Assembly (NCBI GenBank): GCA_963735805.1
Contig: CAVTMK010000004.1
Coordinates: 672,001-736,000, forward strand
Reading direction: 5' to 3'
Length of the DNA stretch: 64,000 nt
From: an uncultured Verrucomicrobiae bacterium
GTDB taxonomy: Bacteria > Verrucomicrobiota > Verrucomicrobiia > Chthoniobacterales > UBA10450
Shown here: positions 53,010 to 62,562 of the stretch, piece by piece
Layout: each line of letters begins with the position of its first letter
How positions within the stretch are numbered: the stretch's first letter is position 1
Notes under the pieces: model-generated
What the model was told of the DNA's origin: nothing
The model's database searches: none
Seen by the model: only the letters and a program-made list of their open reading frames with translations
Made by a program: the position numbers and the translations under genes

Positions 53010-55282
53010 TTTCTCTGGCCAATGCACGCACCCGAAAGCAGCAGAGTGCTGCTGCAGTCAGGAGCGCGGCGATGCCCCGGCCCTTTTGTACGCCTGTATT
53101 ACGCGTGGCTCTGATTTTGGCGCTTATTGCGGCGATAGCACTTTCAATCATTTGGTGGTTGCCGATCCCTGGCGAGTTGCTAAAACCGCCGGTCGGGACG
53201 CTGACGTTGCTGGATTGTCGTGGTCACGAAATTGCGCAGCTCGCGGCGCCGGAAGCGCGCGCTCAATTTCCAATTACGCTGGAGAAAATGGGTCCGTGGC
53301 TGCCCCGTGCTACTGTGGCCTTGGAAGATCGGCGGTTTTACGAACACAGCGGTATCGATTGGCGTGCGATAGCCGCCGCGTGCACCCGGAATTTGCGATC
53401 GCGCCATCTTCTTTCCGGTGCGTCGACGATTACGCAACAGCTAGTGAAATTGGCGACGGGTCGTCAACGGCGCAGTTGGGGCGGGAAACTGTATGAAGCA
53501 GTTATCGCGTGGAAACTCGAACACCGCTGGAGCAAGGAGCGAATTCTCGCTGAGTATTTAAATCGCACCAGCTATGCCAATCGACGCCTCGGCCCTGAAG
53601 CCGCCGCTCGCGCATACTTCGGTAAACCGGCTCGAGATCTCACATTAAGCGAAGCAATTTTTCTCGCCGGTTTGCCCCAGGCACCGACGCGATTCAATCC
53701 ATGGCGACATCCCGAGCGAGCAAACCGGAAATATGCTCGATCGCTGGCCAGGCTGACTGAGCTGGGAGTCATCACACGCGATCAGCAATCGTTGCTCGCA
53801 TCGCCACCCAAAATTGCCCACGTAAATCCTTCGCGTCTCGCACCGAATTTCGTTGATGCAGTGGTGGCGCGAAAATCCGAATTGCGCGGCACAGTAAGTA
53901 CCACCCTCGATTTGGATTTGCAGACAACGATTGAACGCCTGGTTCGCTCCCATCTGTCGGCGTTAAATCGGCACGATATTACGCAGGCCGCTGTGGTGGT
54001 AATCGAAAACGCCACAGGTGCAATTCGCGCCATGGTGGGGTCGGCGAACTACGCTGTGTCGCAAATCAACGGTGCCACGCAACCGCGAAGTTGTGGATCT
54101 ACGCTGAAACCGTTCGTTTATTTGGATGCGATCGATAAGAGACTGCTCACAGCGGCCAGTCTGCTTCCGGATACACCGGACGCAATCCGCGATGAATACG
54201 CCGATTACGATCCACAAAATTACAATCATCATTATCTCGGACCGGTGCGCTTGCGGGAGGCGCTTGGTTGTTCGCTCAATGTGCCTGCGGTGTTCGCTTT
54301 AAGCCGGCTCGGGGCGCGTCCGGAATTTTATCAGCTCCAAAAATGGGGCTTCGATTTCCCCCAGGGACTTGCGGATTACGGTGCTGGTTTTGTTTTGGGA
54401 AATGCCGAGACGCGGCTTGTCGATCTCGCTGCTGCTTATGCGGGACTGGCTCGCGGCGGGACCGCGATGCGCGCAAAGTTTTTGACTGGTGAGCATCAGC
54501 CCGTGACCCGCATTGCATCGCGGGAGGCGACAGCAATTCTCACCGACATTTTGTGTGATAACGATGCCAGACTAAAAAGCTTTGGGCCGCGGTCGCCGCT
54601 GGCATTCGAGCAACGCATAGCCGCAAAGACCGGAACGAGCAGCGGTTTCCGCGACGCGTGGACTGTTGGGTTTGACAAGGAGCATACCGTCGCGGTGTGG
54701 GCAGGAAATTTTGATGGGCGCCCCATGCGCGATATGTTCGCCGTGCGCGCGGCAACGCCGCTGTGGGCGTCGGTGATGCAGGAACTATTGCAGCGGGATC
54801 ATCCACTCGATCCCCCGATTGAGAACGAAAGACTGGTTCGCCGCGAAATTTGCAAGGCAACAGGATTGCTTCCGTCACCTTTCAGTCCGGCAAAGCTGAG
54901 CGAGCTATTTTTGGTTGGGACCGAACCACGCGAAGATTCAACAAATTATTTTGCGAGCGATGGGAAATTGATTTTGCCGGACGCCTACAGCCGTTGGTGC
55001 GCAAGCCGCGACAATACGCTCGGGGCCCATGTCCGGTCCGATTTTCACATCACCAGTCCGCCCCCGAATGCCCATTACGAGATCGATTCTGTCTTGCCCT
55101 CGTCGCAACAGATGGTCGAACTCACAGCGGCGGCAGCCAGCGACATCGAATGGTTTGTCAATAACCAGCGCGTTTTTCCTAAACAAGACAGTAGATTTTT
55201 CTGGCAGCTTGCGCCCGGCGAATGGCATGTCCGCGCGGTAAGTCGTCTCGGAACCTCAGAAGAAACGATCACAGTCGAATAA
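52988..55282 (+). CDS. pbpC: Penicillin-binding protein 1C (start 52988 or 53072)
   Basis: EDRRFY.H.G.D, GASTIT.QL.K transglycosylase; GSTLKPF, SLN, KTGTS transpeptidase; follows A2M. Confidence 0.92.
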   Translation: MRYLQRLISLANARTRKQQSAAAVRSAAMPRPFCTPVLRVALILALIAAIALSIIWWLPIPGELLKPPVGTLTLLDCRGHEIAQLAAPEARAQFPITLEKMGPWLPRATVALEDRRFYEHSGIDWRAIAAACTRNLRSRHLLSGASTITQQLVKLATGRQRRSWGGKLYEAVIAWKLEHRWSKERILAEYLNRTSYANRRLGPEAAARAYFGKPARDLTLSEAIFLAGLPQAPTRFNPWRHPERANRKYARSLARLTELGVITRDQQSLLASPPKIAHVNPSRLAPNFVDAVVARKSELRGTVSTTLDLDLQTTIERLVRSHLSALNRHDITQAAVVVIENATGAIRAMVGSANYAVSQINGATQPRSCGSTLKPFVYLDAIDKRLLTAASLLPDTPDAIRDEYADYDPQNYNHHYLGPVRLREALGCSLNVPAVFALSRLGARPEFYQLQKWGFDFPQGLADYGAGFVLGNAETRLVDLAAAYAGLARGGTAMRAKFLTGEHQPVTRIASREATAILTDILCDNDARLKSFGPRSPLAFEQRIAAKTGTSSGFRDAWTVGFDKEHTVAVWAGNFDGRPMRDMFAVRAATPLWASVMQELLQRDHPLDPPIENERLVRREICKATGLLPSPFSPAKLSELFLVGTEPREDSTNYFASDGKLILPDAYSRWCASRDNTLGAHVRSDFHITSPPPNAHYEIDSVLPSSQQMVELTAAAASDIEWFVNNQRVFPKQDSRFFWQLAPGEWHVRAVSRLGTSEETITVE

Positions 55283-55306
55283 AGCGTTGCAGTCGCAATT
55301 CGTTCC

Positions 55307-57112
55307 TTAGGAAACTGTAGCAGTGGTCTGAGGCACGGGGTCAACCCATTTGCCGTGTTCGCGGATTAAATCCTTCAGCCGATTCACGGCTTCCACTTCG
55401 GGAATGTTGAATTTCACTGCCGTTTTGCCGACGTAAAGATTCACCTTACCTGGAGCGCCGCCCACATAACCAAAGTCAGCGTCGGCCATTTCGCCTGGCC
55501 CGTTTACGATGCAACCCATGATCGCGATCTTCACGCCTTTGAGATGCGAAGTCGCCTCTTTGATTTTCGCCGTCGTGGTTTGCAAATTGAATAACGTGCG
55601 TCCGCAGGATGGGCAGGCGACATAGTCGGTTTTGAAAATCCGTGATCCAGCGGCCTGAAGGATGTTGTAACTCAAGCGCAGCGCCTGCCCGGGGGCATCC
55701 TCACCTTGCACCAGAATCGCGTCACCAACTCCGTCACAGAGCAGTGAGCCGATATTGGTCGAGGCAATGAGGAGCGTGTTGAGAAAATCGGGTATCCTGT
55801 CGTCGCGCGAGAAAACGTCTTTCAACAAGATTGAATGCTGGGTATCCAGTTTGGCTGCCAGTAACCGAAACGCTGGAATTACGTCGAGGTCGACATCGTC
55901 CTTCACGGTCACCAATTGGGCAGTTCGTTCGCCATTTATCTTCGCAACCGCGGCATCGTCGCGCGGATCGATTTCGGCAATGCAGGCGTTCTCGTAAATG
56001 ATCTCCGGCTTGTAATCGCCCATCTTGTCTATCTTATGCACGATCTTGTCGAGGTTAGGCTGCCTAACTACTACACGGATCAATTCTGCGCCGCCGAGCT
56101 TAACTCGTTGATTGGAGTTGCCGATCCCGGCTGCGGCGATGGTCTCTGTTGCGCGTCGCTGATACGAATACGGATCGAACGAGAGTTGAACGTTGGGCGT
56201 TGTACGTTGGCCTTTAGACGTCTTCTGGATGTTTTCAACCAGGGCTTTCGCCACCGGGATCTCATTTGGACTATCCTCGGTCAGAGACACCCGAATCGTG
56301 TCCCCGATTCCGTCGGCCAACAGCGAGCCGATTCCAATTGCGCTTTTGATTCGCGCGTCTTCGCCTTCGCCCGCCTCAGTTACGCCAAGATGCAGCGGAT
56401 AATTCCAGTCCGGTCCAAGTTCGTTCAGTCGCGCGACGAGTAATCGATACGCCGCGATCATGATTTTTGGATTACTCGCTTTCATTGAGAAAATGAAGTC
56501 GTGATAGCCTAGATCGCGCGCGATCTGGGCGAATTCGAGCGCGCTTTCGACCATGCCGAGTGGTGTGTCGCCGTAGCGATTCAGGATGCGGTCGGACAGT
56601 GAACCGTGATTTGTGCCGATGCGCGTGGCGATGCCGCGCGTCTTGCAAAGGTCGACGAGCGGTGAAAATCGCTCGCGAATCCGATTCAATTCGCCGGCGT
56701 ACTGTTCGTCCGTGTATTCGCGAATGATAAATTTCTTGGAGTCTGCATAATTGCCCGGATTGATTCGCACTTTGTCCACCCATTTGGCGGCTTCCATGGC
56801 CGCTTCTGGCTTGAAATGGATGTCTGCGACGATGGGCACGTTGCAGTGCCGCTCCCGCAAGCCGTTAACGATGTGCTCCAGATTACGCGCGTCTTTCACC
56901 GTGGGCGCAGTGATGCGGACGATTTCACAGCCCACCTTCGCCAGTTCAATTGTCTGTTGAATCGATGCATCCGTATCCATCGTATCGCAGGTGATCATCG
57001 ATTGGACGCGAATCGGATTGGCACCGCCGATGCCGACGCTACCAACCTTCACCTGGCGCGTTTTGCGACGCTGATAAACGAACGGATTTTCGCAGTATGA
57101 CAAGTCACGCAT
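55307..57112 (-). CDS. ispG: (E)-4-hydroxy-3-methylbut-2-enyl-diphosphate synthase, long form
   Basis: VQSM, VADIHF, RINPGN, RIG.NHGSL, HLGVTEAG, DTIRVSL, CPSCGR, MGC.VNGPGE. Confidence 0.96.
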   Translation of the reverse strand: MRDLSYCENPFVYQRRKTRQVKVGSVGIGGANPIRVQSMITCDTMDTDASIQQTIELAKVGCEIVRITAPTVKDARNLEHIVNGLRERHCNVPIVADIHFKPEAAMEAAKWVDKVRINPGNYADSKKFIIREYTDEQYAGELNRIRERFSPLVDLCKTRGIATRIGTNHGSLSDRILNRYGDTPLGMVESALEFAQIARDLGYHDFIFSMKASNPKIMIAAYRLLVARLNELGPDWNYPLHLGVTEAGEGEDARIKSAIGIGSLLADGIGDTIRVSLTEDSPNEIPVAKALVENIQKTSKGQRTTPNVQLSFDPYSYQRRATETIAAAGIGNSNQRVKLGGAELIRVVVRQPNLDKIVHKIDKMGDYKPEIIYENACIAEIDPRDDAAVAKINGERTAQLVTVKDDVDLDVIPAFRLLAAKLDTQHSILLKDVFSRDDRIPDFLNTLLIASTNIGSLLCDGVGDAILVQGEDAPGQALRLSYNILQAAGSRIFKTDYVACPSCGRTLFNLQTTTAKIKEATSHLKGVKIAIMGCIVNGPGEMADADFGYVGGAPGKVNLYVGKTAVKFNIPEVEAVNRLKDLIREHGKWVDPVPQTTATVS

Positions 57113-57215
57113 TGTAGAGTCGTTCCATAAGCGACAAGCGCCAGATCGATGGTCCGGCTTCGTCGTCAGGACAGGATTTTACGGCTTCGCCAGTCCCCGC
57201 GCAACGCACGCCAGG

Positions 57216-58637
57216 TTACGGTGTTTGGGTATCCTTCGCGGCCGAGTGCGCTTCGAGTTGATCAAGCTTTTTGCGAACAAATGGCAAATCTTGTACATCG
57301 AAGAACGTGATGTATAGCATGTAACCGACGATCACTACCGCGCAGCTTGTCTGAATTACCTCCAGCACACGCATGTTCACCGGCTTACGACGTATCGATT
57401 CGATAATTGCCAGCACAATGTGACCGCCATCAAGAACTGGAATCGGCAACATGTTCAAAATCGCGAGGTTCACATTTAGAATCACGCTAAACCACAGCGC
57501 CAGCTGCCAACCGCGTTCGCTTTGGAAAAGGAGATAATAAATCCGTCCGATCCCGACCGGACCGCTTAAGTGTTGCAACTTTACGTCGGACTTCGGCGAG
57601 GCCACTGCACCAATCGTATTCAATGTGCTGGTCACGCTGTTGTAGACTTGCTCGATCGGATTCGGATGCTGGATCGACACTATTCCGGTTGTATCCCATT
57701 GAATTCCAATTCGTGGTTTTTTTTCGCCGTTCGTGAGCAGGAGGGTTGGTTTTACCGGAACGTCAAACTTCTCGCCACCGCGCTCCACATGGAGGAGCAG
57801 TTCATCGTTTGGATGCTTGCTAATGTATTCCAGCAGCGCAATCGGATTGTAGATCGGCGTTTTATCAAACCCGCGAATGATATCTCCTGCGCGCAGACCC
57901 GCTCTCGCGGCCGGCGTGTTCGGTTCCACTTTGTCGATAATGGGGGTCTCCGCTGGATAGATGAGCAGTTGTCGCACGCTTTTTCTGCGCCACCCGGGCT
58001 GCTCGGCCTTGTAAGGTTCCACCCAAACCGTCTGCACCTTTCCGTCTCGCTCAAATTTTACTGCAATCTTGTCGCCCTCGCTTCGCACCACATCCCAACT
58101 GACGCTGTCGCTCATTCCCATGAAACGTCTGACCGGCTTTCCGTCCACCGAGAGGATTTTGTCACCCGGCTGCAAGCCAACTTTCAGCGCCGGCGAATCG
58201 GGCAAAACATAACCGACCACAGTGGTTGAGTCCGCTTCGCTTACCGGATGGCCGACCGCCCAGACGATGGACGCAAAGAAAAGCGCCAGCAGCAAACTGA
58301 AAAGTGGACCAGCGATCGCCACAATGATTTTGTCGAACGCGGAAATTTTCGGCAACCTTGCGCGATCCACATCCGCTTTCCCCTCGATAATGTCCATCGG
58401 TGCAAGTTGCGGGAGCGCCACGAAACCTCCGAACGGCAATGAGCCGAGCGAATATTGCACCCCGTTGATTGTCTTTTTCCAGATCGGTTTACCGAACCAG
58501 ACGCCGAATTTTTCTATGTAAAGCCCCCGCCACCGCGCCGCGAGAAAGTGTCCCAGTTCGTGCACCACGATGAGCAGGTTGAACAGAATGAGAACCTCCA
58601 GGAGGATGAAGATGACGCGAGCAATGTGCAGTAGCAT
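57216..58637 (-). CDS. rseP: Site-2 zinc metalloprotease RseP with two PDZ domains
   Basis: HELGH, AGP, two PDZ-like SPA..GL.PGD.I segments, N.LPIP.LDGGH. Confidence 0.94.
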   Translation of the reverse strand: MLLHIARVIFILLEVLILFNLLIVVHELGHFLAARWRGLYIEKFGVWFGKPIWKKTINGVQYSLGSLPFGGFVALPQLAPMDIIEGKADVDRARLPKISAFDKIIVAIAGPLFSLLLALFFASIVWAVGHPVSEADSTTVVGYVLPDSPALKVGLQPGDKILSVDGKPVRRFMGMSDSVSWDVVRSEGDKIAVKFERDGKVQTVWVEPYKAEQPGWRRKSVRQLLIYPAETPIIDKVEPNTPAARAGLRAGDIIRGFDKTPIYNPIALLEYISKHPNDELLLHVERGGEKFDVPVKPTLLLTNGEKKPRIGIQWDTTGIVSIQHPNPIEQVYNSVTSTLNTIGAVASPKSDVKLQHLSGPVGIGRIYYLLFQSERGWQLALWFSVILNVNLAILNMLPIPVLDGGHIVLAIIESIRRKPVNMRVLEVIQTSCAVVIVGYMLYITFFDVQDLPFVRKKLDQLEAHSAAKDTQTP

Positions 58638-58717
58638 TGTAATTAGAAACCAGTGATCAGTGATTAGTCATTGATTGGACACGCCATCATGTCTGCCGTT
58701 GTAATTCTGTTAGCGAT

Positions 58718-59890
58718 TTAGCGATTCACGTGCCCCTGTGCTTCCCTGCGTGCCCACTGATCGGCCTGCAATATGGCATTCAGATCGGGGTGCGCAACGG
58801 CCGTGTGGCGGTTCATGGCTTCTTCGACAACCTGCCAAATATCCGGGAAACGCACCTGCCGGTTCAGAAAACCAGCAACCGCTACTTCGTTTGCGGCATT
58901 CATTACGGCGGGCAATGTGCCACCGATTTCGCCAGCTCGCCGCGCGAGCTTCAGTGCAGGAAAATCGTCGTAGCGCGGCGCGAAAAATTCCAACCTGGAC
59001 AGCTTCGAAAAATCAAGCGGCGGCAAAGTATTTGGGACCCGATCCGGCCAGGTCACGGCGTATTGGATCGGGAAACACATGTTCGAATAACTCAATTGCG
59101 CGAGCGTGGAACCGTCCGCAAACTCAACCATCGAATGAACAATACTCTGCGGGTGTATCACTACTTCGACGCGCTTCATCTCGACTCCAAAAAGCCAGTG
59201 TGCCTCGATCATTTCCAGCCCCTTATTGAACAGCGTCGCGGAATCGATCGTGATCTTTGGCCCCATATTCCATGTCGGATGTTTCAACGCTTGTTCTGGT
59301 GTAATTGAATCGAAATCTTTTCGAGGAGTTTCCCGAAATGGGCCGCCAGAGGCGGTGAGAATGATCCGACGGATATCCAAAGAGCTTTTGCCTTCCAGGC
59401 ACTGAAAAATCGCATTGTGCTCGCTGTCCACAGGCAACACCTTCACGCCCTTATGATGCGCTTCGCGCATCACGGTCTCGCCTGCCATCACCAGAATTTC
59501 TTTGCTCGCCACGGCGAGGTCCTTTCCCGCCTCGATGGCAGCGAGTGCCGGACGCAATCCGCCGGTGCCCACGATCGCAACCAGCACCATCTGCGCTTCG
59601 GTCAGACAAGCGATCGCGCGCAATCCCTCTTCGCCTGTGAAAATCTGCGGCTTGTATGCAAGCGCGCGCTGAAGAACTCCGATCTTCGTTTCATCGACCA
59701 AACAAACAGATGGGGCACGGGTTTCGTTAGCGGCTGCCGCGAGTTTTTCGGCGTTGCTGTTTGCGGCCAATCCGACAATCTCCATCCGCTCGGGAATATC
59801 GCGGGCCACTTTCAGCGCGCTCTCACCGATAGATCCGGTTGCGCCCAGAATAACGACTCGTTTACGCTGGCCAGAGTTTTCCGCTGTCAT
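58718..59890 (-). CDS. dxr: 1-deoxy-D-xylulose-5-phosphate reductoisomerase
   Basis: LGATGSIG, LPVDSEH, LTASGGPF, HP.W.MG.KITIDSA, NKGLE.IEA, HPQS.VHS. Confidence 0.97.
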   Translation of the reverse strand: MTAENSGQRKRVVILGATGSIGESALKVARDIPERMEIVGLAANSNAEKLAAAANETRAPSVCLVDETKIGVLQRALAYKPQIFTGEEGLRAIACLTEAQMVLVAIVGTGGLRPALAAIEAGKDLAVASKEILVMAGETVMREAHHKGVKVLPVDSEHNAIFQCLEGKSSLDIRRIILTASGGPFRETPRKDFDSITPEQALKHPTWNMGPKITIDSATLFNKGLEMIEAHWLFGVEMKRVEVVIHPQSIVHSMVEFADGSTLAQLSYSNMCFPIQYAVTWPDRVPNTLPPLDFSKLSRLEFFAPRYDDFPALKLARRAGEIGGTLPAVMNAANEVAVAGFLNRQVRFPDIWQVVEEAMNRHTAVAHPDLNAILQADQWARREAQGHVNR

Positions 59891-59907
59891 TTCTTGACCA
59901 CGACTGG

Positions 59908-60822
59908 TTACGGCACTCGAATGACCAGCCGCAGATAGAAGAATAAAAGTGGTGCGGTAAACAGCAGACTATCGAGAAGATCGAGCGCACCGCCAATTCC
60001 CGGCAACAGATTTCCCGAGTCCTTTACGTCCGTACTGCGCTTGATGATTGATTCAGCTAAATCTCCGAGCACCGCGGCGAGACCAAGAAGTACACCGAGG
60101 ATGGTCGCATGCGTCCAACTCAGTGCCGACAAATGCCCCGGCATCAGTTTGAACAATGCCAGGCTGCAAAGCAGGGCGAAAGCAATCGCACCGAAAAACC
60201 CTTCCCACGTTTTCTTGCCGCTAATGTGAGGGACCATCAAATGGCGTCCAACCACGCTTCCTGTAAGATACGCTCCCATATCGGAGAATTTCGTTACCGC
60301 GATCAGGTACAGAACATAGAATTGCCCAGTCAACTGGCCGGTACTCGAGCGCGGCGTTAAATAGACAATTTTGGTGATGAAATTAAAAAGCCAGAGCACG
60401 TAAAGCAGACCGAACAACGTGTAGGCCATCGTTTGCAGCGGTTCGTCATGGCGCAGACGAGTGAACATTTGTCGGCCAAAAACCGTGAGCAGGAAAAAGA
60501 GCAAGACAGCAACTTCGAAGTCATAGGAATGCGCGGGTCCGATCTTGGAGAAATAATAAAAACTCCCGGCGAGCAGGACTGCGCCGCAAATCATCCCCGT
60601 AACTTTGAAATTGGGCAGGCCCTTGTGATCGAGCATACGATAAAATTCCCATAGCCCGATCATTCCGAACACGCTGATCAACAGCCAAAACAAGACCTCG
60701 AAGCCAGAGAACATGATCAACAGAGCGATCGTCCAAAGCGCGATCGTGCTGATGAACCGCAGAATAAAGGCGGAACGGGAGGTAATCGCGTTCGTTCCGG
60801 TTTGCTCAACAGTCACGGGCAT
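59908..60822 (-). CDS. cdsA: Phosphatidate cytidylyltransferase
   Basis: SD.GAY..G, P.IS.KKTWEG, GDL.ES.IKR...VKDSG..LPG.GG.LD..DS. Confidence 0.95.
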   Translation of the reverse strand: MPVTVEQTGTNAITSRSAFILRFISTIALWTIALLIMFSGFEVLFWLLISVFGMIGLWEFYRMLDHKGLPNFKVTGMICGAVLLAGSFYYFSKIGPAHSYDFEVAVLLFFLLTVFGRQMFTRLRHDEPLQTMAYTLFGLLYVLWLFNFITKIVYLTPRSSTGQLTGQFYVLYLIAVTKFSDMGAYLTGSVVGRHLMVPHISGKKTWEGFFGAIAFALLCSLALFKLMPGHLSALSWTHATILGVLLGLAAVLGDLAESIIKRSTDVKDSGNLLPGIGGALDLLDSLLFTAPLLFFYLRLVIRVP

Positions 60823-60993
60823 GTATTTGCATCATTCCCAAGGAACGAAACAGGTGCAAGCGCAGATAAGCGAGCACCAAAGGATAAAACGCGTTGACTT
60901 CAGCGCGTTGACAAAGGAAATGCCGTTGGCTTCCGTGGTCTGATCCTCTACAGAACAGGGCTTAGGAACAACGGTCCTACTATGACTGGACTG

Positions 60994-61566
60994 CTACTGC
61001 GGCGTAGGCGATGGAGTTGGCGAAACGGCCTCTGTCGCAGGCGATGGAGTTGGCACCGTAGCTTCTACGGTAGCAGATGGAGCTGCTGGCGCAGGAAATA
61101 CTGCACCGCTAAACATCTTCGACTTATTCTGCTTTTGGGTCTGTGATCCGTCCAGCGCGCGCTGCCTTTGAGCGAGCCGCTCTTGGGTTAGCCTCTCTTT
61201 CTCAGCTTTTACGGAGTTCAGCCGCGACGGGTCGGCCATCCTGGCCCGCATCTCGGCGGAAAACTGTTGTATCCTCTCTCTTTCAGCTTGCACTTGTGCG
61301 GGGTCGGGAGTCTCGCCCGGAACGCCGGTAAGACTTGTCCCGGCGTCCGCCATGGCCTTTTGATTTTCGGCCAAGGTTTTCACTCTTTCATCCAAAGCTT
61401 TCACTTTTTCACCCAATGCGTTCATTCTTTCATCCAACGCATTCTCGCGTGCGTCCAGCTCGGTTTTCCGTTGGGCAAGTTCTTGTTCAGCGGCTGAATC
61501 TTGTTTTTGGCAGGAGCAAATCAAGGCAAAAGAGATGATTACCGACAGAATCAAAAAATTTTTCAT
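60994..61566 (-). CDS. Putative coiled-coil lipoprotein, paralogue A
   Basis: Signal peptide with ICSC lipobox-like motif, heptad repeats, SPTPSPTPQ tail. Confidence 0.75.
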   Translation of the reverse strand: MKNFLILSVIISFALICSCQKQDSAAEQELAQRKTELDARENALDERMNALGEKVKALDERVKTLAENQKAMADAGTSLTGVPGETPDPAQVQAERERIQQFSAEMRARMADPSRLNSVKAEKERLTQERLAQRQRALDGSQTQKQNKSKMFSGAVFPAPAAPSATVEATVPTPSPATEAVSPTPSPTPQ

Positions 61567-61792
61567 GTAAAGAGTAACTTGGCTTCTCCCGAAGACGATG
61601 GCAAATCAGTCTCCGAAAGCGCAAAGATCCCGCAAGGCGAGCAGGCAGAAAATTAGAGAAGGGACACGCGCAAAACCGCGCCAAAGAAACGCGGGCTCTA
61701 GGCTAGGACCTGCCACGAGCTGCGTGGGCTTGCCGGGCGATCCTAAATCTGCAGGCAATCTCGTACGACGCCTCTTTGCTGACACCTCGGAG

Positions 61793-62374
61793 TTACTCTG
61801 GCGTAGGCGATGAAGTTGGCAAAGAGGTAGACTCTGCCGCAGGAGACGGAGTTGGCGAAGTGGCGTCTTGCACAGAAGATGTAGTTGGCGAGGGAGCCTC
61901 CGCCGCAGGAAATACCGCCTTGTCAGACATTTTCGCTCTGTCCAACTTACTCCGCCATCGGCGCTGTAAGTCTTCCGGCCCAAGCTGCCGCGGGGCGGGT
62001 CGTTCTTGTTTTGCCGGGTCTCCAGCTGTTACCTTTGAGCGGGCTCGAATCTGGGCGGAAAACTGTTGTATTACCGCGTCTCTTTCAGCTTTGTCCTGTG
62101 CTTCGTCGCGTACCCCGTTCTGCGACTGGGCATCGGGAGCATTCATCTGGACGTTGGCCCTAAATTTTTCGTTTTCGGCCAACGCTTTCACTCTTTCCTC
62201 CAACGCATTCACTTTTTCCTCCAACGCATTCACTTTTTCAATCAACGCGTCCTCGCGTGTGTCCAGCTCTACTTTCCGTTGAGCGCGTTGTTGTTCAGCA
62301 ACTGCGTCTTGTTTTTGGCAGGAGCAAATCATCGTGAAAGAGAAGAGCATCGGAAGGATAAAAACCTTTTTCAT
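61793..62374 (-). CDS. Putative coiled-coil lipoprotein, paralogue B
   Basis: ICSCQKQD..AEQ shared with paralogue A; 21-nt tandem units at 62180-62242 encode EEKVNAL-type heptads. Confidence 0.75.
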   Translation of the reverse strand: MKKVFILPMLFSFTMICSCQKQDAVAEQQRAQRKVELDTREDALIEKVNALEEKVNALEERVKALAENEKFRANVQMNAPDAQSQNGVRDEAQDKAERDAVIQQFSAQIRARSKVTAGDPAKQERPAPRQLGPEDLQRRWRSKLDRAKMSDKAVFPAAEAPSPTTSSVQDATSPTPSPAAESTSLPTSSPTPE

Positions 62375-62486
62375 ATCAGACGCAAAATGGGGTATTGGCC
62401 AGTTGGGCGAACAAAATGGGACGCGAAGGGTCAGTCAAATGAAACCTGCTCTCAAATCCGAGGCGCCATTATGCTTTCTACGCGAG

Positions 62487-62515
62487 AAGGCGTTCGCCGC
62501 AGCGGCGAACGCCTT
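62487..62515. other. Perfect 14-bp inverted repeat in the intergenic region
   Basis: AAGGCGTTCGCCGC-A-GCGGCGAACGCCTT. Confidence 0.7.
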
Positions 62516-62562
62516 TCCAATTCGCCTGTATTCGGTACACGAGCCCGCTCTACATCGCGGCT

